Numbered from the stretch's first letter, positions 14,065-28,427 are shown. The stretch: DNA of 64,000 nt from Octopus bimaculoides (GCF_001194135.2 NC_068998.1:40218088-40282087); one strand, 5' to 3'. Numbers and translations are program-made. Notes: a model not told the origin generated them from the sequence alone.

Positions 14065-14113
14065 GCCAAGCATTCATATTGCCTTGAATCCTTACATGCA
14101 GAAGATGAGAAAA
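14065..14113 (+). CDS. Candidate 49-nt internal exon of an unidentified gene
   Basis: Good acceptor CTTTCCTTACTATTTCTTGCAG, donor AAA|GTTAGT; two frames open (PSIHIALNPYMQKMRK or AKHSYCLESLHAEDEK); no recognisable homology. Confidence 0.3.
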
Positions 14114-14929
14114 GTTAGTTGTGACATTCATGACTTTGGTTTTGGCATAATAAAATTTTGTATACTTAGATCAACCAAGAATTGAAAATGGAACACTGAC
14201 TTAACTTACTAAGAGTTTATTTCCTACTCTATGGTACATGCAATTCCAATTATAATATTAATTTGTTACTTCAGTACAAAGCCACAAGACCTATAGGAGA
14301 GAGAATTGGAAGAGTTTGTGGTATTGATGCCTTTCTCAGCAAAAGTAAAATGATTTTTTAAATAGTTTTAAAACCACGAATTTTGAGGGAAGGGTGTAGT
14401 AACTTAAATCATTCACAGTACTTGACTGGTACTTTATTTAATTGACCCTCACAAGGACTAATGCTATAGCTGACACATTTATTGGCTTTCAGGAGGAGCT
14501 CAAACTAGATCTTAATTCATCTTACTGGAAACTTGCCATGATACTTCTGGATAGATGTTGATACCTTACTTTGAAGGTGGCTGTTCCATAGTGTAGAACT
14601 AATTCATTGCAATTTGGGAAAATGGATAAAATGAATGTGGTAGTGGTGGTGGCAGTGGTGGCAGCAGCAGTTGTTGTTGTTTTTGCAGCTGCTGCAAGAA
14701 GGAGATGGAGAGAGTGGCCTAGCAAAATTGTTAGAGCATCAGACAAGATAACTTGCAGTATTAGTTTTGGATCTTTGCATTCTGAGTTCTTGGATGGCAG
14801 ACCTAATGTGTCATCCAGTTCAATACTACCATCTGGTCCTTCAGTGCTTCTAGTGATATTCTGTCTGTTACAAGCATTTGAACCACCCCTTCGATTGTTT
14901 TTATCTTTTCTTTCACTTGTTTCAGTCAC

Positions 14930-15270
14930 TGGACTTCTGAAGGGTTTTAGTCAAACAAACCAACCCCCAGTACTTGTTTTTTAAGCAGTACTTATTCTAT
15001 CATTCTCTTTTGCTGAACCACTAAGTTACACCAGTTGTCAAGCAGTGGTAGAGGACAAATGCAAAAACACCTACACACCCATATACACATATATGTACAT
15101 GTGTGTGTGTGTATGATGGGCTTCTTTCAGTTTCCATTTAACAAATCCACTCTCAAAGCTTTAGACAGCCCAAAACTATAGTAGAAGACATTTGCCCAAG
15201 GTGATGCAGTGGAACTGAACCTGGAACTAAGTAGTTGAAAAGCAAACCTCTTAGCACACAGCCACACCTG
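14930..15270 (-). mobile_element. SINE family B copy
   Basis: Reverse match to 45071-45484 (GGGCTTCTTTCAGTTTCC...ATAGTAGAAGACATTTGCCCAAGG...CACACAGCCAC). Confidence 0.8.
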
Positions 15271-15556
15271 TAACTTTATTTGAAGATAATTTCCTCACTC
15301 CCTCCCACCAGCCACAGAAGCCCTTAAAAATAAGGTGTTACGGGTATTTGCTCTGACTAAGTGATAGGAATATAAGTGAAAAAGCTATGGGTGCTGTCCT
15401 TTCTCATCTGAAGATCAATAGTTTGAAAGTGTGAGAATGTTCACTTAACATACACACAAAAAGAGTCAAATAGTGCATCATTGGAAACCAGACAGAAAGC
15501 AGCGATAGCATCATAAACAATAGTATCATTGGTTACAAATTTCAAATGGTCTAATC

Positions 15557-15690
15557 TAGCAATGAACAAACTGTGGCCCATGGGTCTTTCTGAATGGTAT
15601 GCCTAATGAAAAGTTACCCTGGGTTATTTTCTAGTTGTGTGGTCCATCTGCTGATGAGCCACAACTTCTCAAAAAAGTTGCCCATGCCTA
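15557..15690. mobile_element. 134-bp hAT-type MITE
   Basis: Imperfect TIRs (TAGCAATGAACAAACT versus TAGGCATGGGCAACT), subterminal GGCCC motif, 8-bp TSD GTCTAATC / ATCTAATC. Confidence 0.7.
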
Positions 15691-16734
15691 ATCTAATCAC
15701 TGGTTTACTACATCTATAGTGGCAAGAGTGAAAGCATTGTTATATCAACGTTTTCACTGATGGCTACATTCTCTATCAAGATACATCAGCAAAGTACATA
15801 CTTGTATGTACATATACAACAAGCTTCTAGTGAATTCCACCCACACAGTATTGGTCTGATGGAAGGTGTGGTAAAAATCACTTGACTGAATATGAAATTA
15901 TGTGGTCATGAAATGACCGTCTTAATTAAGTAGCCATGTCTGAACCCCTGTTAGATGTCTTCAATGTGTCGGAGTGGCTTACTACAGCTGTATATGGTGG
16001 GGTCTGTTCAGATGTCTCATGTTAGTCAAATGAATGAAAGTGGCATAGAGTTATTAAATATGTGTACTAAACAGGAGTTAACCATTGCCATTAGCTTGGA
16101 AACAAATATAATTATAAACACATGCAGATAGACATGTGTATGTGCATTCACACATACACACACACACACACACATGCACATGTACATGCACACAGACACA
16201 TGCATGCACACACACACACAAGTGTGTTGTGTGTGTATATATGTGTGTGTAGTTAAGTTGGTGCCAATGTTCTCAGTGTAATGAACCAAGAAATATCCAT
16301 GATGAAAATTACATCAGTAATGAGTAGGAAAAAACCATTAGCTTAATTATTAATTCTAGTTCAGAAAAACAAACTGAAATTAAAATAATTGAAATTGAAT
16401 GTTGGTACGGAATGAGATCTGCATAAGTTTGATCTTTGATAAATAGAATAGCGAGTCAACTCTGGATATGTTTCAGTTTTATTGGACCTTCTCTGAAAAT
16501 TATAGTCAGATCATGGCTGGCAGATATGAAGAAGTTTAAATGAATAAGCACTGATATTTTTGACAACCCATTCTATGCATACTGGGGATCACCTTCTGTT
16601 TAACCAAGTAGCACGATGTTGTTGTCTGCAAATATCAGCTGACTGATCCTAAACCCACTGATTGTGATACACAGTAGCTGCATGTGTCAATCCAGTTCAT
16701 AAGTATTTCCAGGATTGCCTTGCCATTCAATTTA

Positions 16735-16900
16735 CGGGTGACATGGTTGGATAATATCCATAGTCTCGGTTGATTATGCTTGGGAATCCAGCTGGCAAGT
16801 CTGACAGTTGCCAATGAATGAGATGCTTGAGGACTCTACCCACAAGACCCTCCTAGGAGTAGTGGACAGAGAAGATGGCTAGGTGACTGGCTGGATGGTT
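16735..16900 (+). mobile_element. 3' end fragment of an RTE-clade LINE
   Basis: Shares GGATAATATCCATAGTCTC.GTTG...AATCCAGCTGG and GAGATGCT(T)GAGGACTCTAC with the minus-strand RTE fragment at 31490-31815. Confidence 0.7.
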
Positions 16901-18863
16901 GTTTAACAACTTAAAAGTACGATGGTAGTAGAAATATGGACTTGCTTGGGGACATCTTTTACACTGAATAAGTCACAAAAAGGGACACATTGGACATCAG
17001 AAAAAAGTTGATGCTCATAACTGGAATAACTTTGGTCATATATTTTCCTCAGTTGTAGATGATTATGTTTAAGCAACTACAATAACTATAGTACGGTCAT
17101 GTAGTGCTACAGCCATACTACAATTCTATAGTATAGTATCCTAGAATAAGGGTAGTATAATTCTATACTGACATTGTTCTATCATACTGTAAAAACCATT
17201 TACTGTATTTCAGTATTAATATGTAAGAAAAAAAGTCCATGTAAACTGTCGGTGGTCTGTCTCAGAAATATACAGTAGTTTGTGAGTATGGATAAGTTAA
17301 TATGTTATGAAGCAATGAAGAATCTAATGTCCTGGGACTCTCCCCTCAGTTAAAAAAGAGAAAAATATAACATTCTAATGTGGTTGGCATTAGGAAGGGC
17401 ATCCAGCTGTAGAAATCAAGCCAAAACAGATTATGGAACCTGGTACAGCCCCTAGCCTTTCCAGTTCCTGTCAAGCCAGGATAGAAAACAGACATTAAAT
17501 GATGATGATGATTGTGTGTGTGTGTGAGAAAGAAAGAGATGTGTCTCTTGAAAGCTATCATTTAGGACCATCTGAGCAAAAAAGAAAAATGGTTGTTGCT
17601 GTGCTTACATTCCCAGTGAACATTACATTTTGTAGCTCTGCACAGTCGATGTAGTGGAATAAAACTCCCTTACTTGGAAAAGGTTAGTAACAGGAAGAGC
17701 ACCCAGCCATAAAAATATTGCCCCAAATAAGCATCCGTCAAACTTACATTTACACAGCAAAACAGACATAACATACCAATTTGTGTATGTGTGTGAGCAT
17801 GTGTGTGTGTTTGTATTAATGTGTGAATATATATATTAATATGTCATTGCTTTGCTATACTACCATTACATTAACCTCCAAATTATGGCCAGCTTGTTGC
17901 TGATATTAATTACATAGTTGCCATGTGATTAATGCAACAAATGACCACCAGCTTGTAATATATTAATTTTAACTATCAATTTCTCTGTTGAGTGAACTGG
18001 TAACTTCGTCTGTTTCCTCAACACGATGATGTCATAGTCCAGTCAATCCCTACCATCACCAATATAGATCTATAATGATCTATCGTTCCTTTGAATAACC
18101 CCTTTCTTGTCTATACAACTCATTAGTCACACATCAGTCAACCTTTATATATGGCAGGTTGACTCACGCAGAATTATATCCTGTCCGAATGTTTTTGCCA
18201 CATTCAGACATTTTTACAGAAACACAGCCAATATGACTCAACACTAGGGATTTCATTGTATCCATTTCTTTCTTTAAAAAATTGCTGCATTGATCGATTT
18301 AGAGGAAATTATATATTTTTAGTAAATAGATGACTTAATAATTTGTATGTACTTCCTGCTCCACATTGTGTTGATTTCATTCTTTTTTTCTTTTTTTTTT
18401 TTAGTTACAAAAGAGGAGTTCATGATACTTTTGTCATACAATACGCAACACATCTATGGTAATCTTTTATTCTTTAGTCTTTTTCTGATATTGTTCATTA
18501 AACTGCGACCATTTCAGTTCCCACCACCTCCAGGAGTTTTAGTCGACTATATTATCCACTAGGATTGGCTGTTCAACTATATCAAAAAGTGATGATGATG
18601 AAAGACGCAAAATAGATAAGCTGACCTGGGCATAAAGGGATTTATTCAGAAAATGACCAAGTACAAGGATTTTTGTTTGATGCCCACATTCTGCCATTCC
18701 ATGCCAATACGTGTCTGTGTGTGTGTGTGTGTGTGCGTATTTATCAAACTGACTGTGTGTGTATATATATATATATATATAACCCATGCCAGCAGTTCAA
18801 TCCATGCCAGCATGGAAAACAGACGTTAAATGATGATGTATATATATATATACACACAGACAT

Positions 18864-18908
<45 letters not shown>

Positions 18909-19349
18909 CTCTCCATTTATCTGTATATCTCTGATTCTCTCTCTTTCTCTCTGTTCCCTCTCTCTATCTCTCTATCTATCTATTCATCTATGTATCTACC
19001 CATTCCACCTGTTACATAATATTCTTTAACTAGAGCAATCTAAACATCTACTCCCTCCTTATACATCGAAGTCACTTTCTTGTAACAGTTCAGTTTAACC
19101 ATTTTGTGACTATATTTCAGAAGACTGGGTGTTTCAATTAATTTTCAGCATAACAAAAATTTCAGAGACATTTAGCAAACTATCTGTAACTTTATATATT
19201 GATTATTGTTGTTCTTGTTGTCAAGGCATTGTTAGTGGTGTTCTGTAGCTCCAAGTCTGCTCTAAACAAGCAGGCTTAAAGATTTTTTTTCTGCTACAAC
19301 ACATTAAACACTTTTATTGGTACAGTGCATTCAAGACCATGTTTCCTAA

Positions 19350-19380
<31 letters not shown>

Positions 19381-20879
19381 ATGAATGTGCATGTGTGTGT
19401 GTGTGTGTGTCTGTACAAGTCTGTATTTGTGTGCATGTGTGTGTGTCTGCATGCATCTGTGTGTTCCAACATACTTAGGTGTGGTTTGAGGAATAGTTAA
19501 CTATTATTTCTAGCATGTCATCCAACTATGCAGACACTCCTTCATCAATTAGTAAGACCCTCACCCCCATCTTTGACCAACTGAAATCTTACATCGTTAT
19601 TCCGGTTGCAACAAGATTCTGATTGAAATATAAATTTACATGTAAAACCACACATATATTTACAGGAAGTCAATCTCAGCAGATGGGTTGATATTGAAAG
19701 GGTTAAACATCTTAGCACGACACCACCAGAAGCAACATATATCTTTATCCATAAAATCTAACCCAATTTCTTGTCACTAAAATTTGGATGACATATTTCA
19801 ATATCAATGTCAAACATTGATCAATATAGATGGCAGCAACAGCCATTTTTGTCTGGCTTCAACAGTCTATTATCTTGCATGCAATAGTCTTTCTTTGGTG
19901 ACTGTCTTGTTGCCATTGTCATTACGATAGTTGTTGTTGATGTAGTGGTGGTGGTGGTGGCGGCGGAAATGGTTGTGGTGGTGATGTTGAGGATATAGTT
20001 GTTTGTTTGTTTCAGTTTCTGTTAGTTGTGTGGATGTGATTGTTGCCTTTTTTGTTACTGTTGTTATTGTTCTTCTTCTTCTTCTTCTTTGTCATCTTAA
20101 TGATGACAATGAGTGAGGGGATGGGGAGTGGCACTAATGGTGATACCGATGGTGATTGTTATGTTCTTTCTGTTTTCCATACTATTTATTTATTGTTACC
20201 ATTTCTTTTGTCAATGCTACTTGCCTCCTTCCTTCCTTCCTTCCTTCCTTCCNNNNNNNNNNNNNNNNNNNNNNNNNNNNNNNNNNNNNNNNNNNNNNNN
20301 NNNNNNNNNNNNNNNNNNNNNNNNNNNNNNNNNNNNNNNNNNNNNNNNNNNNNNNNNNNNNNNNNNNNNNNNNNNNNNNNNNNNNNNNNNNNNNNNNNNN
20401 NNNNNNNNNNNNNNNNNNNNNNNNNNNNNNNNNNNNNNNNNNNNTTCCTTCCTTCCTTCCTTCCTTCCTTCCTACTTTTGTTCTTTTTAGCTCTTATTGT
20501 TATTGTTCTGACTGTTTCTCCTCTTCTTTGTATTCCTGTGAATTTTCTATGCTAATTAGACATCTCACCCTTCCTTTTCATTATTATTGTTAACATTATT
20601 TATTAAGGGCCAGCTCAAATAGTAAGGTGCTGTATGAAATAACTTGTGGCATTTAGAAGCGTTCCGTATGTCCAGTTGCTATGAAGAGTGAAGAAACTTG
20701 GGTAGTAAATTCAATCTGTTGCCTAAATTTTTGGTAACTTTGTTATGGATTAACAGATATGGATATGAGGAAATGTCCAAATACACAAAAATTTGGGTGG
20801 CACTTCTCGCTCAAGTTAGAGATAGGAGGTTGACTGGAGGATATAAAAATAATATCAATATTGTTGTTGTGTTTTTAAG

Positions 20880-21095
20880 GCATTGAGCTGGTAGAATCAT
20901 TACTATACCAGAAAAACTGCTTAGTGGTATTTCTACTGGCTTTACATTTTGAGTTCAAATGCTGCTGGGGTCGACTTTGGCTTTCATCCTTTCAGGGTCA
21001 ATAGAACGAGTACCATTTGAACACTGGGGTCAATGTCATTGACTTGCTCCCCCTCCAAATTGCTGGCCTAGTGCCAAAATTTGAAACTAATATTG
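20880..21095 (+). mobile_element. SINE family A, full length
   Basis: GAGCTGGTAGAA head, GAGTTCAAAT B-box, GGGGTCGACTTTGGCTTTCATCCTTTCAGGG core. Confidence 0.85.
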
Positions 21096-24000
21096 TTGTT
21101 GTTTTGTCTGATCTCATTGATCAGGCTTGTGATCAAAGGTGCTCCACCCCAAAACTATATTATTTCAGACATTGTGTACATACATTCAGTTAGCAGTCAT
21201 CAGCACAATGGATGAAATAATACATTGCAATATTTGCTCCAGCTCTCTGCACCCTGAGGTCATATCTCGCTTTGCCTTTTATCCTTTCAGGGACAAAACC
21301 CATGTTTGTGTTGCCCCCCCCCCACTTCTCTCTCTCTCTCTCACTCTCTCTCATTCTGGATATTCTGCTAGATTAGAAGTGACAGCATCAGCATGGTGTC
21401 TGCTCAAAACTACATGGGGAAAAACTATTAACAGAGACATGGCCCATGCTGATACCAAGAAAAAAAAAGGATGTTTTTAGTGTATCTAGAACTACATTAT
21501 GCAAAGCATCCTATTTTAAGATAGCAGGTTAGGATTTGAATGTAACTTGGCTGCTATTTTTAGCAAGTTAAGCAACTACATAGATTCCCTTGGTTTGTAG
21601 CATCATTTTTTTTTTTTTTTTTTTTTTTTTTCTATACTCTGAAAGTGTGAAAGTGACCTTCCTTGTTTTGACATGCTTTTAGATAAACGAGGCACAAATT
21701 GTTACCTGAATTGGATCCCAACCTCTTGTAGCACATGACATTTAGAGTTTTCTGCTCATGAGGGAACTTCTATGTGATGGCTCAAACTGCTAAAAGTAAC
21801 AGCCAAATATCACTGAAAATCACACACAGCCATCTTTAAATAGTAAGACACTGGATAATTAAGCTGTTTTTGTTTAGTCCCAGGTCATTCCAAATCTGTG
21901 ATCCAAAGCTGTTCCAGTTATGGCCATACTGTATTTTTTCTTCCAGAATAAATTACTTCAGACATCAGTATCCAATGTGTCATATTATAAGACTGTAGTG
22001 TGTAGTTTCAGACTGATTCAGTTGCTATTACAATCTGGTTGAGTGACTATGCAGAGCCCCCATCCCAACCTCATTAGTTCATACAGGATGTTATAAGTCT
22101 TAGATACATTATGTCTGGAAAAAAGTGAATGGAATGGTCACAGATGGAATGTCTTTGATCATAATTCTGCTTAGTCAGGACTTATATGAGGACAAATTGC
22201 AACATACAATAACTGGGAGGTGGGAATGTGATGGTGATGTTAATAGTAGTTGTGGTGGTGAGGTGATAATATTAGTGGTGGTGGTGGTGATAACATTAGT
22301 AGTGGTGGTGGTGGTGGTGGCAGTGGCAGCAGTGGTGGTGGTGGCTGTTGTTGTTGTTTAAAAGTTGGGCGAAGGACACATGAAATGAGTCAGTAGATTG
22401 GAGTAGACATCAGAAGTTATGAGACTTCAGAGATGAAATAATGCAAGGCAGAGGCTCAGATATTCAGAGAGCAAGAGAGAGAGAGAGAGAGACAGAGAGA
22501 AAGATGCTGTATTGAAGACTTTCCTTACTCATTCCAGAGAGGAAGGTGGTGAAGCGGATATTAAACTGATGACATTGCAGCTGTTTCTCATGATCATTCA
22601 ATTCAGTTTGTTATTGTAGCTGATCATAATGCAGATGATAGTGATGATGATAATCACTCTCAATATGTTTGCAGGGATGATGGTGATGATTATGACTGTG
22701 ATCGTGATGGTTATGGTGAAGATAATGATGATGATAATCACCATCAAGATTATTGTGGTGATGATGATGATGAGAATGATGATGAATTATTGATGAATTA
22801 TTGTCCTCACTTTTAGTCATATGATCTGGTCCAGTAATTGCATACTTCATCTATTGAGATTCTGTCAAGCCAGCCATCCAGACCACATTTCCCCCTTCAT
22901 TCCCCATAACCTGGACCAAATAGCAAATAAAACTTCATCTATTTGGCACATTGCCCAATCACCAAAGCCTGTCTAATTAAAAAATGTCTATGTCTTGTTG
23001 TTAAACCATTGTTGTTAGATGTGTAGTTTATCTGTTTCCTGTACTGCTGCAATGATAGATATCGGCTTAGCTTTGTCTACCCTTTGATTCACAAGTGTTA
23101 GAGCTTCAATTTTTTTTTCTCTTATATTAACTGTCATCATCATCATCTTATTATTATTAGTTTAATGCCCAACCTCCCATGCTAAGGGAACCACAGTTAA
23201 CTATTGTCAGTAGTATGTCAGATTAACAGCCAATGAGAAGTTTGCTTCATAGTCATGTGGTTTCAGGTTTGGTACCACTGTGCAGCACCTTGGGCAATTG
23301 CCCACCCCCTTCTCCCCATCCATAGTCTCATAGATATCCAAGCTCTGTCAGTAGATTATGTTAGATAGACATTGTGTAATCCCTTAGATAGCAGGCCTAA
23401 TTTTTTACTTGGTTTAAAGCTAGCATCTGATCCCTGAATGCCTTTGGAGTAGTCCAGCCTGTTGCAAGCATTTGGACCAGGATTCAAGTCCATAGATAAA
23501 TATGCTGTTTTGTAATACAGCAACCCATAAGTCATGATATTTTTAATTCTTTCCTCCCAAAGGTTTTGCAAAAATGGGGTTCTGCCCTTACTCTCTTGAC
23601 TATTATCAAGTAGAGTGACCATATTGTCACAAGGACATGGGGAACCTTTTACAAGTAGTGAGTTGCATGAAACATTGTTCATCATCTGGCAAGCTGCACT
23701 ACTAAAAAAATTAAAGGTAATTTCTGTGTTAGGTGTGCTATTCAGAAATTCCTGCAGGTTGCCTGTGACTGCTTTATAGTAATGTATTTTTCTCACATTG
23801 GTATGAATTGTGCTGGTGTATACGTTCACTCAAGTAGATAGATTAGTTGTGTATATTTTCTAAAATTTCTATTTATATTTCTGTTTATGTATTCATAAAA
23901 ATATCTAGAATTAAGAATTACCCCTGTTGTGAAAAGAAAAAAATGTTTTAACTTAATGAATTAATTCTAGTCAAAAAATATAGGGGTGACAACTCCAAAA

Positions 24001-24176
24001 GATAAATTAAAAATATATAATGTAAGATTGTAACAGGTAGTGAGTTTGATATTTTGCAGCAATATACTTCATATTACAAGTTTAAGTAGGCAAAAATATT
24101 ACCAGTGTTATCACTGCAGTTACTAAAGGACAGACTCTCTGCCCACAGTCTATTTTTAATTGACTTTTATTTTATA

Positions 24177-25514
24177 CTAGCAATGCACCCCAGTGTTGCT
24201 CAGGTGTTATGACCTACAGCCACATTGTATTATTTGTTCCTTTCTTATGGGTAGAATTGGCACACTAAGAGTATGAAGCAAACAACTTTTCTTTATAAAC
24301 ATGTTTTTCAGTCATTTTCTGATGAACAACACTACAGTTTCCGTCTACCAAATTCAGTCACAAGCCTGTAGTTGGCCTAGGGCTATAGTAGAAAACACTT
24401 GCCCAAGAGGGACTGAACATAGAACCATGTGGTTGGGAAGCAAACTTCTCAACCACTCAGTCATTCTTGCACCTAATGTGTGTGTGTGTGTGTGTTTACA
24501 TTTGTTGTTAAATCGAGTATTGTGTCCCTCTATGCCTCAAAGTTAGCAGTTCATCAAGCAGATATCTATAAAATAAATGCCAATTGAAATACGTACTGAG
24601 ATCAGTATGATCAATTAAATTTTTGAAGGTGATACCCCATCATGGCGACAGTCAAAAGACTAAACCCAGTAAAATAAGGTTTAAAGACTTAATGACTTCA
24701 AATTTAAGGTAATGGATTACTAACCACAAGATAATGAGTTCAAAACTTTGTATTGAACTTCCACTCTATACGATGACACTATATGTATATCTCAGTGTAC
24801 TTGACTTCCAACAATTAACAATTGTAATTTGAAGTTGAATGGTTAGCAATAAGAAAGATGTCCAGATTTCTTTAAAAAATTATTGTGCAAAATATTCTGG
24901 GAANNNNNNNNNNNNNNNNNNNNNNNNNNNNNNNNNNNNNNNNNNNNNNNNNNNNNNNNNNNNNNNNNNNNNNNNNNNNNNNNNNNNNNNNNNNNNNNNN
25001 NNNNNNNNNNNNNNNNNNNNNNNNNNNNNNNNNNNNNNNNTAAATTGAGCTACTACAAATAGCAGCCAAATCTCTGTTAAAACACCTTTCACCAAAAGAA
25101 AGACACAGATTTACAGTATTTCAAGAAGCAAAATAAAGAACTATGCAATGGGTCTACTACATCAGAGGCAACTCCGGTCTAAACAAAGCACAAACATACT
25201 TCACATTAAAAGATTATCTACTAAATAATACTAATAAAGTTGACAGTATATCTTCGAAGTTTTATTCCCTGGTAAAACTCCATGTATTTTAAACATTTTC
25301 TCACTATGCTCTATCTAAGACATAAAGATTGTTGAGGCAGAGTTGCATCCCTTAGCTAAAGACCTCAAAATTGTGTGATCCGGCCTCATTTACGAGGTTA
25401 TTTTTGTAGTAGAAAAGAGTTGTGCAAAAAACGTACTTTATTTGGTAGCCAAAAGATTACTGAATCTTTTGATACGTCAAAATCAGCAACTCAGTTTTTG
25501 AATCCATAAGGAAA

Positions 25515-25549
<35 letters not shown>

Positions 25550-25567
25550 CTGTTTTATATATATAGA
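24177..25567 (-). mobile_element. Probable non-autonomous Helitron with nested SINE fragments and a gap
   Basis: On minus: A|TCTATATATATAAAA 5' end at 25567 followed by (GT)n; 3' degenerate hairpin near 24188-24205 and CTAG|T at 24177. That both ends belong to one element is inferred. Confidence 0.5.
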
Positions 25568-26399
25568 TATATAGGTATAGACAATATAAACTTTAAGGTT
25601 ATGTCCCTTGCTTTACTTTGTTAATCAGAATTTATCATTAAGCTAATGGATTTCTCTCCTCACTACATATGTAGTTTTAATTAATTAAATTTCCTTCTCT
25701 CTAAACGTTAAGTATGTTGGCACTGTCTTTTCTAAGATATACAGCTATGCTTGTTTATTTATCAAGCACCATTAATATATATTTATATATGTCTGCATGT
25801 CCAATAAGCAAGACATTGATATTTGTCCATTCCCCCCCCCCACTGCTGTCAATTTAAAAACCTCCGCATACCAATCCCACTATCCACTATCAATTTTATT
25901 GCTTGCCACCCCCATACTCTCACAACCCCCACATGACACTACCATTACCATTTTAACCAATGTGGGAGTTGTTGTATGGTTGCTCAACGTGCTAAAAATA
26001 GCAGCCAAATATTCCTTATATCGCAACCTACTGTTTTTTTGTTTTTTTTTGTTTTTTTTAAATGTAACACATTGGGATAATGATATCACTGTAGATATAT
26101 GCTAACCAGGAAAAAGAAGGAATCCTCAGGGCTGAAAGGCCTTTAATGGTAAGTCTAATGGTCAGGATTAAACAACAACAAAGCCAGCCATTCCATTACC
26201 TCCATCACCATCATGAACAACCATTCCATACACCATAATGTTACCACTAACATCACCATTATAACACCCCATCATCATCACTATCACTTTGCCTTCTAGA
26301 CTTATATCATCACCATTCCACACCGCCACTATCATGAGCAACCGTCTTATACCACCGCCCTCATAATGGTCAGACACTCCACCACCCTACTCCATTTGA

Positions 26400-26818
26400 C
26401 ATCTGTGCCCAGTGACGCCTTTCTGGCACTTGTGCCCATGGCATGTGTAAGGACTTTCGAGCGAGATCGTTGCCAGTGCCCCTGGACTGGCTCTTGTGCA
26501 GGTGGCACATAAAATACACCATTTTGAGCGTGGCCGTTGCCAGTACCGCCTGACTGGCCTTCGNNNNNNNNNNTAAAATACACCATTTTGAGCGTGGCCG
26601 TTGCCAGTACCGCCTGACTGGCCTTCGTGCCAGTGGCACATAAAAGCACCCTCTACAGTCTCAGAGTGGTTGGCGTTAGGAAGGGCATCCAGCTGTAGAA
26701 ACTCTGCCAGATCAGATTGGAGCCTGGTGTAGCCATCTAGTTTCACTAGTCCTCAGTCAAATCATCCAACCCATGCTAGCATAGAAAGCGGACATTAAAC
26801 GACGATGATGACGATGAC
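26400..26818 (+). mobile_element. SINE-like family C ((GAT)n tail, RTE-type 3' end), long copy
   Basis: Near-identical to 48454-48751; tail GGAAAGCGGACATTAAACGACGATGATGA. Confidence 0.85.
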
Positions 26819-27289
26819 TACCTACTTCATACCACCATTACTGCCACCATGAGCTTATAAAAGGAGCCTCTACATAATTGCTTGACCTGCTGGAATACAC
26901 AGCCGAATCTCCCTCAGATTGCATTCTGTCATCTTAAGGTAAAAGAGCATTGACAACAGGGCCTTTCGTTCCCTGCACATTGGAAAAAGACTGAGTGGTC
27001 ATGGTTAGAATATCTTCGATCATGGGTCTGCTTGACTAAGGCTGGCCTAGGGCTAATCAACAACAGTTAACATCACCATAACAAACAACCTCACACGTTT
27101 ATTGCTACTAACAGGACCAGCCATCACACACCCTTCAGTACCACCACCACTACAATCACACTACACCACCGCCTACCATCAAGTAATTATGTTGCTCTAT
27201 TATTCATGAGTTAAAAAATGTTAGTTTACCCAAGACATATGAAAAATTAATATTGCATTTTATATCTGGCACTTCTCCCTCCGTGTTAG

Positions 27290-27942
27290 TTGGTTGGTGC
27301 ACTTTCTTTTTCTCTTGCACGCTTTCTCTGTCTCTCATATACAAATACATTCACTATCTCTCTCTCTCTCTCTCTCTCATGCACGCACACACACACACAC
27401 ACCTTCTTTCTGTCTGCACTTTTTCACACACAGTCTCTCTGAATCTTTCTCACACATACGCACTTTCTACCTTTCTCTTCTATATACACACTTTCAGTCT
27501 GTCTCTCCGTCTCTCTTTCTCTCTTTTCTTCTCACTCTTCCCCTCCCAAGTTGTAATATTCCCTCTCTACCTCTCTTTCTCTCCCTGTCTTTCGTCTCTC
27601 TCTCTCTCTCACTCTCTCTACCTCTCTACTTCTCTCCCTTTCTCTCTACCTCTCCCCCTAGCTCTCCTCTCTCTACCTCTCTCTCTCCCTCTCTCTTTCC
27701 CTCTCTCTCCCTCCCTCTCTCCCACACTATCTTCCCACACTGCATCTTTCACACATATACGCAAATATTGTCTTTTCTCTGTCACTCACACATACCAGTA
27801 CATACCTCCAGTTTTCTTCCCTCTCTGTCTGTCTCTTTCTTTTTCCTAAACTCTCTCTATCTCACTCATACACTTTTCCCACCTGTTTTTTCTCTCTCAC
27901 ACATACTTTGTCTCATTCATAAACATTCTCTGACCATCACTC

Positions 27943-27990
<48 letters not shown>

Positions 27991-28340
27991 ACTCACTTAT
28001 ATGCCCCTCTCTCGCACATACATTTTCTCCATCTCCCTCATACATACACATTGTCTCTGTGCATGTGTGTCTCTTGCACACATGCTTTCTGCTTTTCTCT
28101 CTCTCTGTCTCTGCCTGTCTGCCTCTCTTTGTCTCTGTCTGTCTGTCTCTCTCTCTCTGTTTGCCTGTCTGTCTCTCTCTCTGTCTCACCTACACTCTGT
28201 TTTTCACATATATACTTTCTCTGTATCTCTTCCTCTCACATTCTCTCTTTGTACATTGAAATTCTGTCTTTATCACATGCTTGCAAACGCACACACACAC
28301 ACACACATACACATTTTTCTCACTTTATCTTATTCTCTCC
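27290..28340. repeat. About 1 kb cryptic (CT)n/(CA)n low-complexity polypyrimidine tract
   Basis: Extremely C/T-rich, with (CT)n, (CTGT)n and (CA)n runs; explains the S/L-rich ORFs. Confidence 0.9.
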
Positions 28341-28427
28341 CTTGATGTCTGCCTTTACACGTTTTGGGCTGTTCCCCCCCCCCCACTATATNNNNNNNNN
28401 NNNNNNNTATATGCCTGTCTTTTTCAA

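Noticed and set aside
14522-14984. 135-aa and 125-aa ORFs that look protein-like
   Set aside because: The ends map to SINE B tail and SINE A head fragments plus trinucleotide repeats.
17830-18260. Minus-strand peptide LDYDIIVLRKQTK resembling an APE endonuclease motif
   Set aside because: Too degenerate to support without a profile search.
22611-22850. His-rich ORF
   Set aside because: Degenerate (ATG/GAT)n microsatellite.
26110-26148. 39-nt in-frame exon candidate with perfect ATG|GTAAGT donor
   Set aside because: It lies in a degenerate family D repeat and has no polypyrimidine tract.
26510-26627. About 50-bp direct repeat around a 10-N gap
   Set aside because: Same overlap artefact; family C does have an internal repeat here, but this exact copy abuts the gap.
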